The translations under genes and the position numbers were made by a program. The notes under the pieces are model-generated. The model saw only the letters and a list, made by a program, of their open reading frames with translations, searched no databases and was not told where the DNA came from. Below are positions 1 through 13,176 of a stretch of DNA of 64,000 bases, one piece after another; the first letter of the stretch is position 1; each line of letters starts with the position of its first letter. The stretch is taken from positions 18,786,001 to 18,850,000 of the forward strand of contig NC_043008.1 in the NCBI RefSeq assembly GCF_006345805.1, read 5' to 3'. Source of the DNA: Octopus sinensis. Taxonomy: Eukaryota.

Positions 1-1142
1 AGGCATCTAATCATGAAACAAAAACATGATCAAAGACTTTCTGGCATTACAATCCATTTTTTATATGCATGATTACATTGCCCAACGTGTCCTTTATTTT
101 CTCTTCTTTTTATTGGCAGATTTTTATATATAGGTGATTTGGCTACTATTTCTAACGAGCCGTGCGCCTGTACAATCGTCTCCTCTGACACTCGTAGAGG
201 AATCGGTTATAAAAAATGTGCCTTCACTTACTAAAACGTAGATAAGTATATATGTTTAACTTTTACAGATATTCAATAGGAAGCAAAAAATAGATAAATT
301 ATAGATGCAATTACGAATAATATTTCATTCTAGATTAGGAATGAAGACAATCTTCTCGATATTATGAATATTTCTAAATAAATGTCATTCTCTCTGGGCG
401 CGGCTATGATACATTTGGATAAATCATCAGAAGAAATTTATTTCCGTGCTCTCTTCCTTGTTTATTGTTAAGTTGAGAAGTAAATCCAAAACTATTTTTG
501 TTTCCAATTAGAAGTTATCTGAGTAAATACTACGACTATTTCTATTTTTGTTGTCCCTATGTGTGTATCTCTGTTTGTGTTTGTGTGTACGTGTAAACAA
601 AATTGAAATACTTCCAAACAATGCTAGATGTGCTTAAATTAAAACTTCACATACAACGGAGACTAATCTGAGGTAAACAAAAGACCAATATCTTTTAAGT
701 GGTAATTGCTAAGAATTCTCCATTTTTCTCTCCTTTAAATATCAACAGCAGATGATATTCTTAATGTTATCATTCTCCATTAAGAGTATTTTCGGCAACA
801 TTCAAACGATACTCGTCTCTAACAGCTGACCAATTCTCTAAAACCACCAGCATTACTTTTAGCTTACTATAAATCGTTTATTTTAAATGCTAAAATCTTG
901 TGTGAGTGCTGGAGTCACGAGGAAGTCCATACCTTTCACCAGTTATGTTAGTTTATTCTAAATACCAGTTAAACCTAACTGTAAGCTGCCAATATCTGAG
1001 CTAACTGAAAGCTGTGTAATGCAATTAATCAGTTCTTTGATAATTCACTTAAATCTCAGTGAATTATCAGTGATCCGCTTAGTATTTGTTCTCGGTTCGT
1101 ATGTCACCGTGAATACAGCTGGGGACAATTATAAACGATATA

Positions 1143-1370
1143 CTCTTTTCTACTCAAGAAACAAGGCCCGAATTTTGGGGGGAAGGGGCCAGACATACGG
1201 ATTAAGTCGATTACATCGACCCCAGTGCGTAACTGGTACTTAATTTATCGACCCCTAAAGGATGAAAGGCAAAGTCGACCTCCGCGGAATTTGAACTCAG
1301 AACGTAACGGCAGACGAAATACCGCGAAGCATTTCGCCCGGCGTGCTAACGTTTCTGCCAGCTCGCCGCC
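1143..1370 (-). mobile_element. tRNA-headed SINE family A, monomer with hybrid tail
   Basis: Reverse complement reads GGCGGCGAGCTGGCAGAAACGTTAGC...GAGTTCAAATTCC (B-box)...GCCTTTCATCCTTTAGGGGTCGATAAATTAAGTACCAG; flanked by TAAACGAT(A/G)TA duplication. Confidence 0.85.
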
Positions 1371-2044
1371 GTAAACGATGTATTAAAACTAACGACTCTT
1401 GTTACCAACGACATCCTGTGAAGGTGCTATGTCTCCAATTACTGTGTGGGGAATCTTTATTGTAATCTTATTGTCATTTCAAATCTGACTTCAACTCTTC
1501 ACTTACTAAATTTTATCATTTTAACTCTTCATTTCTTCCTTGCTTTTCTATAATTTTCTTCAAACACAGGCAGATAAACCATTTAACTTTGAGGTGTACT
1601 AAACACTTGGACATTTTTCCTTCTGGTACAGCGTGTAAGACAATTAATCCTGCTTTAATTAATCTTTTTTTCATTATATTTTTAGTTATAAATTGTAATC
1701 AACACTCAACCTAATGCTCTAAACCAAACATACGTTGATTCCGCAGTACCCGCTACTACTATCTACAGGAGCAAGTATTCCAATTTTGGTTGTTTTATAA
1801 ACATTGTACTCCAAGATAATGAAATTGTAAATTTAGGGTCCAAATGCCTTGTCAAAGAATATTATGCTAAAAGAAAACTTGACTCCTAAAGTAAAGTCAT
1901 GACTATATAGGTATCACGCACTCATTTCCATATAATTAAACAAGAGTGAACCAACGAGGGAATTTTAGATTCAATGAAATGCTTTCTTGCTTATGACAAT
2001 TCCCTAAAATTGGGGTATAATTTTAATGGAAAAATAGATAATTT

Positions 2045-2367
2045 ATTCTTTTATTTGTTTCAGTCATTTGACTGATGCCATGCTGGAGCACCGCCTTTAG
2101 TCGAGCAAATATACCCCAGGACTTATTCTTTGTAAGCCTAGTACTTATCCTATTGGTCTCTCTTGCCGTACTGCTAAGTGACGGGGACGTAAACACACCA
2201 GCATCGGTTGGGCTTCTTTCAGTTTCCGTCTATCAAATCCACTCAAGTCTTTGGTCGGCCCGAGGCTATAGTAGGAGACACTTGCCCAAGGTGCCACGCA
2301 GCGGGACTGAGACCAGAACCATGTGGTTGGTAAGCAAGCTATTTACCACACAGCCACTCCTGCTCCT
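2045..2367 (-). mobile_element. SINE family B, internal microsatellite segment deleted
   Basis: Head GGAGTGGCTGTGTGGTAA...; tail GACTGAAACAA; matches copies at 42750 and 38610. Confidence 0.85.
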
Positions 2368-2439
2368 AATATGAAAATTATTAGATAACGATCTGTAAAC
2401 TAGAATATCATAAAAAAAACATTCCATTTGTTCTTATCC

Positions 2440-2730
2440 ACAATTTGTTGTGTTTGGACCAGCATACCAAAGAATAGACCCACCGTTTCTTTTGCGTGTT
2501 GTAAAAAGCGAATAGAAAAGGCTGAGATAGGATTTGCAGTCCGACATCGTAAAACCGTCATCAACAACAACTGTCCAGGCAAACCTAACTAGGTTATGTT
2601 GGAGGGTCGTCACCTGAGTGGTGCAAAGTTATCATCCGGCAGGAGTAGAGAATACCGACAAAATGGTGGACGCAGTGACGCGCTGCACAGAGCCAACCAC
2701 CAGACCTAAGCTGATCCGCAGCCGAAATGA
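2440..2730 (+). pseudogene. possible highly degenerate LINE fragment
   Basis: Translation ...KKRIEKAEIGFAVRHRK weakly resembles the APE-endonuclease GVGFAI motif; GC-richer than flanks. Confidence 0.2.
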
Positions 2731-4038
2731 TAATGTTTCTTGGCAACTGTTATATTAAATATATGTTGTTGATTCGATAAATTCCCTTTCTTAATCTACA
2801 TAAAATTATGCAGTGTTCAGTGAGTCTATCGCAATTTCAATTTTCAACAGCAAAATCATGCGTAAAGTAAAAAATATTGTCTGTATATCTTAACATGGTA
2901 CTAGTGTTTGCCTCACGATTTAAATCTCATCAAGCTGGTGTCCCGTCACAGTAGTTAAATTGCAGCAAGGTATAAATAAGACACGGTGAACGTTGTTCAT
3001 ATCTGACAACAGTAATAATGTACTTGAAAGGAGATGAAACAATATAAACGTATTGGAAACAATTAGATAAGATAGTTTTAGACTATTATAAACTATACAT
3101 TTAATTCGCTCACGTGTAGAGAATATTCCGAAACAGTCGGTCCTTCTGTAAACAAGAATATTTATAACATCTGTATCATTAAACAAAGAGAATTAGCCCC
3201 CTCTCCTTCCCTATAACACCATCCTACTGCAAGTCTTCTGTCTACTTTGCACAGTTTAACTGAGACGATGTGCTATGTCTTACAACAAGAGACAAAAGCA
3301 ATAAGTGAAGTACCTACAGTGAATTTGAATTGCCGACCTGCTAGTCGTTTATATAAATGCTTTATCCACTCAGACATTTCGACGCTTAATTATACGTTCA
3401 CCTTCTGCTTATCTTCATTGATTTCATGACGAAAACACGTTTTCTATCTAAAAAGAAGAAAAAAAAATCCAGCAGCACACGAATAAACAATATCGTAGTA
3501 ACTGTCTCATTAGGAGATGTCTTTAAATGAATTATAATTACTAGAATTAACCATATTTTTTTTATAATAATATCACAATTACACTTTACAAAATGTTTTG
3601 TAAGAATTATGGAAGATATCATTTTGGCTACTTTATGAGAGAAAATCTCAGACATGATTTTTCTCATTTCTTTTCTCTTTTCGTAAATACATTTTTTCAC
3701 TCTTGTTGTTTTTATGTTTATTTTAAATATACGTTTAAACAAATATTTCTTTTTTCTGTTTCATCCGATATAATTATTATCATGATAATATTTTACATTA
3801 GTGGTTTAATGATGTTCGAACAAAGAGGTAAGATCCGGTAAGTCTGTAAGCTGCAGTCCTTGAAACGGTTTTATTTCCTGGCTGAAGCCGTTTCGTTTCA
3901 CATAAGACAATTCAAAAATGCATCAAAAAATCGATGTCCTAATAAGACTCACCTTGAACCGTACAGTACTTTGTTGCTGATCAAAAGTTAGAACACCAAC
4001 AAATTGCCAAAGTAACGGCCATTCTTAAAATTCCATAT

Positions 4039-4110
4039 GGCGGCGCAAGAACATCTAGTTGGTTAAGAAATGTGCATCGTAACATAACCGTCCTGGGTTC
4101 AATCCATCGA
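4039..4110 (+). mobile_element. degenerate tRNA-like SINE head
   Basis: TAGTTGGTTAAG (A-box-like) and GGGTTCAATCC (B-box). Confidence 0.35.
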
Positions 4111-4236
4111 TTAGGAAGTATTTTGAGACAGATTCCATCACCACAAATTTGCGTTGAACAATGCCTTTCAAATAAAACCATATCAAAATGTTCCACGACT
4201 AGTAATGTTTGATAAACAATAATTTATTTTCTTTCA

Positions 4237-4430
4237 ATCTTTTACTTGTTTCAGTCATTTGAGTTCGGCCATGCTGGAGCACCGCCTTCAAGGATTTTAG
4301 TCGAACAAATCAGTCCCAAGGCTTATTTTTTAAAGCCTAGTATTTATTCTACCAGTTTGTTTTGCTGAACTGCTCAGTTACGCGGACGTAAACACACCAA
4401 CGCTCGTGGACAAATAGTGATGGGGAAGGT
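4237..4430 (-). mobile_element. SINE family B, 3' half
   Basis: TTACTTGTTTCAGTCATTTG...GGCCATGCTGGAGCACCGCC. Confidence 0.75.
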
Positions 4431-4509
4431 CACTAGCTGTCATTTTGCACGGAACCTTGTGCTGCCCTCTGCTGGCGTGCTACAGAACTAGTCCGGGAAT
4501 CTTTTGATA

Positions 4510-4720
4510 ACAGACAGGCAGACAGACAGACAAACATATAGATAGATAGATTGATAAACAGAAAGACAGAGAGACAGACAGACAGACAGATAGATCGATA
4601 GATAGATAGATAGATAGATAGATGGATGGATGGATGGATGGATGGATGGATAGATTGATGGATGGACGGACGGATGGACGGACGAACGGAAAGACAGACA
4701 GACAGACTGAATGATAGATC

Positions 4721-4777
<57 letters not shown>

Positions 4778-4975
4778 GTAGGTAGGTAGATAGATAGATG
4801 GATGGATGGATGGATGGATGGACGGATGGACGGACGGACGGACGGATGGACGGACGGACGGATGGACGGACGGATGGACGGACGGACGGATGGACGGACG
4901 GACGGAAAGACAGACAGACAGACTGACAGACAAACAGACAGACTGACAGACAGACAGACAGACGGACGGACAGAC
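4510..4975. repeat. compound tetranucleotide microsatellite (GACA/GATA/GGAT/GGAC)
   Basis: Direct reading. Confidence 0.95.
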
Positions 4976-5269
4976 AAATTGTTTCCTTTATTTTACGTTT
5001 TTTACTGAATTCAGTCATTGGATTACGGCCATACTGTGATGCTTTCAATGATATTAATCATAGATATTAGTCCCACTATTCCGTCTGCTACTCATTTGGT
5101 CGGTCAGCTATAAGAATGCTCATAATTGAGCGGGTATGAAGGTGTAGGGAGAGATGGAGAAGCGATTAGATGCGTAAAAACTGTAATTACGTGAAGAGTT
5201 GCAAGTCGCGGATTGTGTATTCCTAAGATTTTATATAATTTCTTTCTTTGCTTTTTGTCTGCTTTTCAA

Positions 5270-5700
5270 CTTACATGTGTGTGTGTGTATGTTTGTAAGT
5301 ATGTGTATGTGTGTGTTGTGTATATGTGTGTTGCGTGTATGTGTGTGTTGCATGTGTGTGTGTGTGTATGTGCGTGTTGCGTGTGTGTGTGTGTTTGTGT
5401 GTGTTTGTGTGTGTTTTGTGTGTGTGCTCGTGTGTGTGTGTTCGTGTGTGTGTGTGTGTGTGTGTTTTTGTGTGTACGTGTATGTGCGTGTATATGTGTG
5501 TGTGTGTGTGTGTCTGCGTATGTGTGTGTTGCGTGTTTTGTGTATGTTGCGTGTATGTTGCGTGTATGTATGTATGCGTGTTGCGCTTGTGCTTTTTGCG
5601 CGCGCGCGCGTGTGTGTGCGTGTGTGTTGCGTGTGTATACGAGCGAGCGTGTGTGTGTGTGTGTTGCGGCTGTGCTGTGAGTGTGTGTGTGTTTGTGTAA
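5270..5700. repeat. degenerate (TG)n microsatellite
   Basis: Direct reading. Confidence 0.95.
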
Positions 5701-6129
5701 AACGAGATTATTTTGTAATTTTCTTTTTTCACATTTCATTCAAAAGTGAGGAAAACAAACCCGACGTAAAGCACCCAACTGTGAGTTCGCTTCTCGAAAG
5801 TACTCTTCTAGGAAATGAAACCTTCATAACTATGCAAATAACATCACTATGTAAGTGTGTGCCAGTTTTTGAGAGTATATATGCGCAGGCATGTACGGAA
5901 GGGAAAGATACGAAGTGTGATCAAAAAGTAGCCGGACTGTTGCTATAGTAACGAAGCTATAGCACGCAGTGTGACGTTGCTTAGCACAGGTTGACTGTGA
6001 ATTCTGCAGTACATGCACACTCAATTTTAATGTTCTAGCTTACATCTGCTGTTTATAGCAGTGATTGGAAGGAACGTGTGTAGCGTGTGATTGTCGCATT
6101 AACCTTTACAGAGAAAGTTATCATGGCGA

Positions 6130-6535
6130 TTCCTGCTCAGAGACCTATGCAAAGTTGCAGTAAGTGTATAGAGATGAGTGTGGGAGCCGCACACAACTGT
6201 ACGAGAGTTTCGGACGTTTCCAAGATGGCCGAAAAATGTTGATGCTGACGAACGTTCTGGGAGACCCGCAACCCGCAGAACTGAGAAAGACATCGCAGAT
6301 GTGCCGGCAGCTGTGAGGATAAATCATCAAATCACCATCGACAAGTTATCAGAGAGAGGATGAGCAGATTAGTTACCAATCAGTGCAGTACTTTAACACT
6401 GAAGAATAGGGTATGAGACGCGAGTCTGCCAGGTTTATGCCAAAACTGCTTTCAGCTGATCAAAAGGACACTCGTGTCTCAGTTGCACAAGATCTTCTTG
6501 AATGTTTCGAGAACGATGAAAACTTTTCGAAAACT
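6130..6535 (+). pseudogene. mariner transposase N-terminal half, frameshifted
   Basis: ...GRKNVDADERSGRPAT..., SARFMPKLLSADQKDTRVSVAQDLLECFENDENF (decayed WVPKLL region). Confidence 0.85.
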
Positions 6536-6626
6536 GTGCGTAGGCCTCTGAGCAGGTATCGCCAAGATTTTGACAAAATTTGATGCAGATTCTCTGGTCG
6601 GCTTTTTCTGTCATGGTCAATGCGAC
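6535..6626 (-). pseudogene. inverted mariner transposase N-terminus
   Basis: MTEKADQRICIKFCQNLGDTCSEAYA. Confidence 0.85.
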
Positions 6627-6944
6627 GATCACAAGCAACACTCCTTCCTTGCAAGCACTGTTGTATACAGCGGATGTGAGCTAGAACGGTAAAACTTAGT
6701 GCGCATGCACAACAGAGTTCACGGTCAATCTGGACCAAGCGGCTTCACCCTGCGTGCTTTAGCTTTCTTACTATGGATACTTATTGATACTTATTGATTA
6801 GTCTGGATACTTATTGATCAGACTACGTATAAACAAAAGCTATAAATTACCAATAAAATGGTGCGTCGAACAAATATATTTGATGATATTCATTCCACCC
6901 AACATACACAGGCACTTCTTTGCCACTCTCGTAATGTGAAACGC

Positions 6945-7335
6945 AAGCAGTCACTAAGCTGCAGCCATGCTGGGGCACCGCCTTGAAAGATTCCGGTCGA
7001 ACGAAATTAGCTCGGTAATTATTATGTTTTTCGTAAAGCCTGGTACTATTTTATCGAACGCTTTTTGACGAACCGCTAAGTTATGGAGAGTAAACACAAA
7101 AGCACTGGTAGCCAATTGGTGGTGAAGGACAAACACACACACACGTATTTATATATATATATATATATATAAGATAGGTTTCTTTCGGTTTCCGTCTACG
7201 AAATCCACTCGCAAGGATTTCGTTGGGCCGAGACTATAGTAGAAGACTCTTGCTCAAGAAGCCACGCAGTGGGATTGAAACCAGACCCATAAAGATGGGA
7301 AGCAAACTTCTTACCACACTGCTATGCCTGCGTCT
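6945..7335 (-). mobile_element. SINE family B, diverged
   Basis: Head, internal (CA/TA)n and tail all present. Confidence 0.75.
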
Positions 7336-8020
7336 ATGCACAAAGCAGAAGTATAACACAACAATTCGTAACACTACAAGCGATAGTTACATTACTTTCT
7401 ATAATGGCCGTATTTTAACGTATTAGGTCGATATGGAGGTAGGTAAACATAAGAAGAAACGTGAGTAAAGTATCTTCACTTTGTGCTCTCTTATATTTCC
7501 GCCTACTTCAACTTCTTTGTAAGCATGTTGTTAACAAGAAATAAAATTGTTTGAAAAAACCAGGAAACAAAGTATATGACCTCTGAGAAGAAGCATGTCC
7601 TGTAGAGATTATGCCATCTTTGTACTATTCCATTTGCAGGAAACATTGAAAATGCGAAGCATATTTCGAGTGGGAAATGAGAAAAAAAAAACGTTAAAAC
7701 ATGTCCGCTGATGAACCAAATTTGTAAAGAATTCCATCAATGGAAATTTTGAAACACGCTGAAATATGTGAATTGGGTTAAAGAAAAATACGTTTGTATG
7801 TTAAAAAGGTTTCTGATCCCTAACGCAGTATTACTGAAAGCAATGATGCAATTGTAATAGATATATCTATAAGCATTAAACTGCAATTCTTGTAGAAGAA
7901 ATAAACATAAGATATGAAATCATGTAATATATAGTAACAAAGTTCTTCAAACTGAATCCTTCTATGACAATGTATGCAGAAAATATTATTTGGGGTTGAT
8001 TTGTTTACATATATATATAT

Positions 8021-8405
8021 TTACTTTTTACTTTACTTTACTTTTTTACTTTTTTACTTGGTTCAGTCATTTGACTGCGACCATGCTGGAGCACCGCCTT
8101 TAGTCGAGCAAATCGACCCTAGGACTTATTCTTTGGAAGCCTAGTACTTATTCTATTGGTCTCTTTTGCCGAACCACGTAAACACACCACCATCGATTGT
8201 CAAGCGATGCTGGGGGACAAACACAGACACACAAACATATACACACACATGCATATATATATATACATATATACGACGGGCTTCTTTCAGTTTCCGTCTA
8301 CCAAATCCACTCACAAGGCTTTGGTGGCCCGAGGCTATAGTAGAAGACACTTGCCCAAGGTTCCACGCAGTGGGAATGAATCCGGAACACACAGCCACTC
8401 CTGCG

Positions 8406-8408
<3 letters not shown>
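8021..8408 (-). mobile_element. SINE family B with deletion in head
   Basis: Near-consensus body; tail repeats (TTTTAC)n. Confidence 0.85.
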
Positions 8409-8446
<38 letters not shown>

Positions 8447-8509
8447 AGAGAGAGAGTGAGAGAGAGAGACATATATACATATACATGTATATATATATAT
8501 ATATATATT

Positions 8510-8920
8510 AGGTTGTTTCACATGAAATGTCGAATTTGAAAGGTAGCAATAAAATGTTTCAGAAGTGTTAGAGAACTGATTTATTTAATCAAAGCATGAT
8601 CCATGTTCATTTACGACCTTTACCCAACGTTCTCTGTTATATATCCCATCTTAAAAAAAAAAATTCATCTTTTACTGTGATAAACTGTCCGAATGATTCA
8701 ATTAAATATTCTCTATTTAAGAATGTGTTTATTGCTTATGAAAAGATCAAAATGCTTAAATATGTGATGATCTGTAGGAGAGATATATCAGGCGAATAGG
8801 GAGGATGTGGCAAAATCTCATAATTCAGGCTTTGTACCTTTTGGAGCGTAGCCTGAGGAGTGTGAGGACGTGCATTGTCGTGAGCATCTCTATTCACTAG
8901 TCTGGGCTGCTTCTTTTTCA
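8510..8920 (-). pseudogene. mariner 3' end (transposase C-terminus plus TIR)
   Basis: HDNARPHT...EILPHPPYSPDI, then ...ERWVKVVNEHGSCFD after frameshifts; TIR TTAGGTTGTTTCACATG next to TA. Confidence 0.85.
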
Positions 8921-8921
8921 A

Positions 8922-9998
8922 ATGACAAAGGTGCATACTCGGCATATTTTGCTTTATAAGTTCAATGAAGTCAACAACGCAACGGAAAGGGCGAGGAATA
9001 TCAATGCAGTATATGGGGATCGAACAATAAGTGTAAGCCAGTGCCAACGGTGATTCCAGATATTCCGAGTCGGAAACTATAGCCTAGAAGACAGGCCTTG
9101 TCCTAGAAGATCTGCAGAGCTCGACGAGGTTTCCTGCAAACCCTGGTGGAATAAAATCCCATCCCAACTGCTGAGGAACTAGCAGAGAAGCTTGGATTTG
9201 GTCATTCAACAAATTCATCAACACCTCCGTGCTATCGGTTCAACAAATTGGGTCAATGGGTTCTTCACAAACTTTCCGAGTCTAATCGCGCGCAGAGAGT
9301 GGATGTGTTCTCTTCTTCACTGTCACGTCTTACAAATAAACCTTTTTTAACCGAATGGTGACTGGGGACGGGAAATGGGTTCCCTATAAAAATGTCAAAC
9401 GCCGAAGACAGTGAGTAGGGTAAGGAGAAACACCGGCACCCAAGGCTAAAGAACTTCACTCACATAAGATGCTGCTATCTGTTTGGTGGTATATGAAGGG
9501 ATTAGTCCACTTTGAACTTTTAAACCCAGGCCAAATGATAACAAAGGAGATCTACTACGAGCAGCTTGAGCGGCTTAAGTCAGAGCTAGAAGAAAAACGA
9601 CTATCTTTGGTTTCAAGAAGAAAGGTGTTCTTCCATCAGGATAATACTCGCCTACATTCAGCGAGGATGACATTCCAAAGCCTGGAGCAGTTTGAATGGG
9701 CAACGATGCCCTACTCACAGTATTCGCTGGACATTGCATCATCTGATTATCATTTATTCTACAATCTTCAAAATCAATAAACGGAAACAATATGAATTCT
9801 GTAGACGAGGTCAGAACAGTACTGAAGGAATATTTTTCGTCACGGACAAGTGAATTATGGAAGAGGGGCTTTGCAAGTCTAGTAGAGAGATGCAAGAGCA
9901 TTGTAGAAAATATTTTCGATTAAAAGGAACTTTGTTTATCTTAATTTTGAAAAATAAAAGAAGTATTAAAAGACTACATTATTTATAGAACGACCCAG
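8922..9998 (+). pseudogene. near full-length mariner (DD34D) transposase pseudogene with 3' TIR
   Basis: MTKVHTRHILLYKF..., VTGDGKWV, MLSVWWYMKG-like, FHQDN, SSDYHLF; stops and frameshifts; TIR ends 9998 followed by TA. Confidence 0.92.
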
Positions 9999-10019
9999 TA
10001 TATATAAACAAATCGCTTT

Positions 10020-10379
<360 letters not shown>

Positions 10380-10380
<1 letters not shown>

Positions 10381-10448
10381 AGACAGACAAACAAATAGAC
10401 AGACAATTAGAGAGACAGGCAGACAGATAGATTTATAGATAGATATGC

Positions 10449-10510
<62 letters not shown>

Positions 10511-11391
10511 GAAAAGAGAGAGAGGAGAGAGTGGCGAATAAGGGACAAACGTATAGCTGAAAGTATGAACAAATTTATAGGTGTACATAGACATATATGT
10601 AATTATGTATGTGCTTATGTATGCATGTATGTATATACGTACGTATGTATGTGTGTATGAATGGATGGACGGATGGATGGATGGCTGTACCGTTAGGTAC
10701 ATGTATAAATCAATGGCTATACGCATTGATTCGACGGATGAAGAGATGGGTGGGTGATTGGTTGGATTAATGGATGGATGGATGCGTACATGAATTTATG
10801 GAGGATTAGATTTCTGGATCGTTGGTTTATAGATTGGAAGAGTAACAGACCGCTTGGTTGGCTGTTTCAATGGATATAAATGTGCATATTAAGTTGCATG
10901 TATGTATGTATGTATGTATGTATGTATATGTGTATGTGTGTATGTATATATATATATATACATTTATATACACGTATATATATCTGTATATATAATATAT
11001 ATGTATATACATACGTATAAACACATGTGTACATATATGAGTATATATATATATACATATATATGTGATATATAAATATATATGTATATATATACATACA
11101 CATATATACATACGTATATATATATACACGCATACACACACACACACATATATATATATAATATATATATACGCATACATATATTATATTTATAGCATAT
11201 ATGTATGCGTATACATGTTCATGTATATACGTAGATAAATGTATATATATATATATGTGTGTGTTTGCGTGTGTGTGTGTGTGTGTGTGTGTGCGTGTGT
11301 GTGTGTCTGTGTGCATATGAGTGTCTGTGTGTATCTATATGCACATATATATAATATATATTATATACTTGCATGTCTGCATCTGCGCGTT

Positions 11392-11423
<32 letters not shown>

Positions 11424-11430
11424 TGGGGCG
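10380..11430. repeat. compound GATA / GGAT / TA / TG / GA microsatellite field
   Basis: Direct reading. Confidence 0.9.
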
Positions 11431-12264
11431 TGAGTTAGTGTGTGTCCGAACGTATGCATGTGCACGGCTTAAAGACATGTATATTAAGATGTTGGATTGA
11501 ATGGTAGGTTAAGTGTCAAGCTGCCTGAATGGCTAGCGAGTTGAAGATAGGCAATCAGTGCTGATAGAATACAGCATAAAGAAGTTGAGAATTGATTAAA
11601 TGATTAGTTCACGAGGAATTGTGGTATCAAATTTATTTCTTTGCAGCAGAGAGCTGAGAGTTATTCTGCAGTAAATTCTATGGTGAGGTGGGGAGCCATT
11701 GCACAAATGTGTAAATTATCATCAACTATTATTAGATGTAAGGATGCGATGATAATGGTTGGGTCCCCAGTATTATTTTCATCGTAGCAGAAATATAGTT
11801 ACAGCTGGCCGAATCAATAGATCGGTCGATGGCTTAATGAGCGTTGTGAACATAGTAGGCGAAACATTTAATGCTTCCTGACTCACACACCCATAAAAGA
11901 ACAGCAACGTGGTCACTGAACCTGCTAGAACTACCAACCAAATCTCCCTCGCACCTTAATTTATATATTTTCAAGGAAGAAGGGATTCTTTGGATAACCT
12001 AGACGGAAATACTCTACGTCTGAAGATATGAGACAGCGTAGATGTTTTGCGATTCTATCGGAATATAACCTGGTGAATAAAATATGCTGGGGTTGGATAA
12101 TTCATGCATCTCCACTTCGTTTTACTATACATTTTCATGTAGATTACAATTATATTGAAAACACAATTAGCCTTGTGATCTCTGCTATTTCTAGCATATT
12201 AAATGACCACGTAAGGGATTGGCTACCTTCGAGTTTTTTAAAAGAGAGGTATTAAGGTGTATAA

Positions 12265-12806
12265 GGCGGCGAGCTTGCAGAAACGTTAGCACGCCGGGCG
12301 AAAAGCTTAGCGGAATTTCATCTGCCACTACGTTCTGAGTTCAAATTTCGCCCAGGTCGACTTTGCCTTTCATCCTTTCGGGGTCGATTAAATAAATACC
12401 AGTTACGCACTGGGGTCAATATAATCAACTTATTCCGTCTGTCTGTCCTTGTATGTCCTCTCTGTGTTTAGCCCCTTGTGGGTAGTAAAGAAATAGAAAT
12501 AGGTATTTCCTCTGCCGTTACGTTCTGAGTTCAAATTCCGCCAAGGTCGACTTTGCTTTCCATCCTTTGGGGGTCGATAAATTAAGTACCAGTTACGCAC
12601 TGGGGTCGATATAATCGACTTAATCCGTTTGTCTGTCCTTGTTTGTCCCCTCTGTGTTTAGCCACATGTGGGTAGTAAATGAATAGGTATTTTGTCGTGA
12701 GTCTAAATTCCGCTGAGATCGACTTTGCCTTTCATCCTTTTGGGGTCGATAAATTCAATACCAGTTGCGTACTGGGGCTGATCTAATCGACTAGCCCCTT
12801 CCCAAA
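12265..12806 (+). mobile_element. SINE family A multimer (head plus 3 body units)
   Basis: Body restarts at GGTATTT at 12502 and 12686. Confidence 0.88.
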
Positions 12807-12814
12807 AGCTATCG

Positions 12815-13176
12815 ACAAAAGCTATCAGTCCCGATAATTCCGGACATCCACGAAAGCGTACAAGACGGTTTCACTATCAAAAACACAGCAAACTATTCTT
12901 AGGGTTGTCTTGGTACTCCTCGCTAACTCGGTTATCAACTCGGTAATCCAGGGCACAAAGCAGTCACACAATAATTTCACTAAAACTTGGGTAAAAAAAT
13001 AAGCGCAATGTTCGCAATTATTGCAGTAGGGATACGCCCCCTAAACACACTTCTCACCGCTAAGTGAGACTCTAATCACAACTACAAGCAGACTAATTCC
13101 CGGAACTCCGTGGATATTTCTTGTTCGACAAAATAAATAAATACGAGTAACAAACCCCCACTGAATCCCCCCCCCC
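12815..13176 (-). mobile_element. possible LTR fragment with polypurine tract
   Basis: Minus strand G10ATTCAGTGGGGG followed by TGTTACTCG (TG start at 13152); no terminal CA found. Confidence 0.3.

Larger units (their letters stand above)
5911..6827. mobile_element. mariner-derived element with two 5' ends (palindromic), TA-flanked
   Basis: TIRs CGAAGTGTGATCAAAAAGTAGCCGGACT and (rc) CGTAGTCTGATCAATAAGTATCCAGACT; TA at 5909-5910 and 6828-6829. Confidence 0.8.

Noticed and set aside
3953-3976. 24-nt minus-strand microexon candidate (GATCAG|...AAG|GTGAGT)
   Set aside because: Could be chance; nothing else supports a gene.
4433-5948. Long ORFs (LSIY, CV, HT repeats) here and at 10.8-11.3, 14.3-15.0, 31.4-32.0, 33.0-33.5, 39.4-40.1 and 53.4-54.5 kb
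   Set aside because: They are translations of stop-free microsatellites, open on several frames and both strands.
6535-8920. A single inversion explaining both rearranged mariners
   Set aside because: Re-inverting would join halves with non-matching TIRs and from different mariner subfamilies.
12265-12806. Regularly spaced repeats as a CRISPR array
   Set aside because: Eukaryotic SINE bodies about 190 bp long, no unique spacers and no cas genes.
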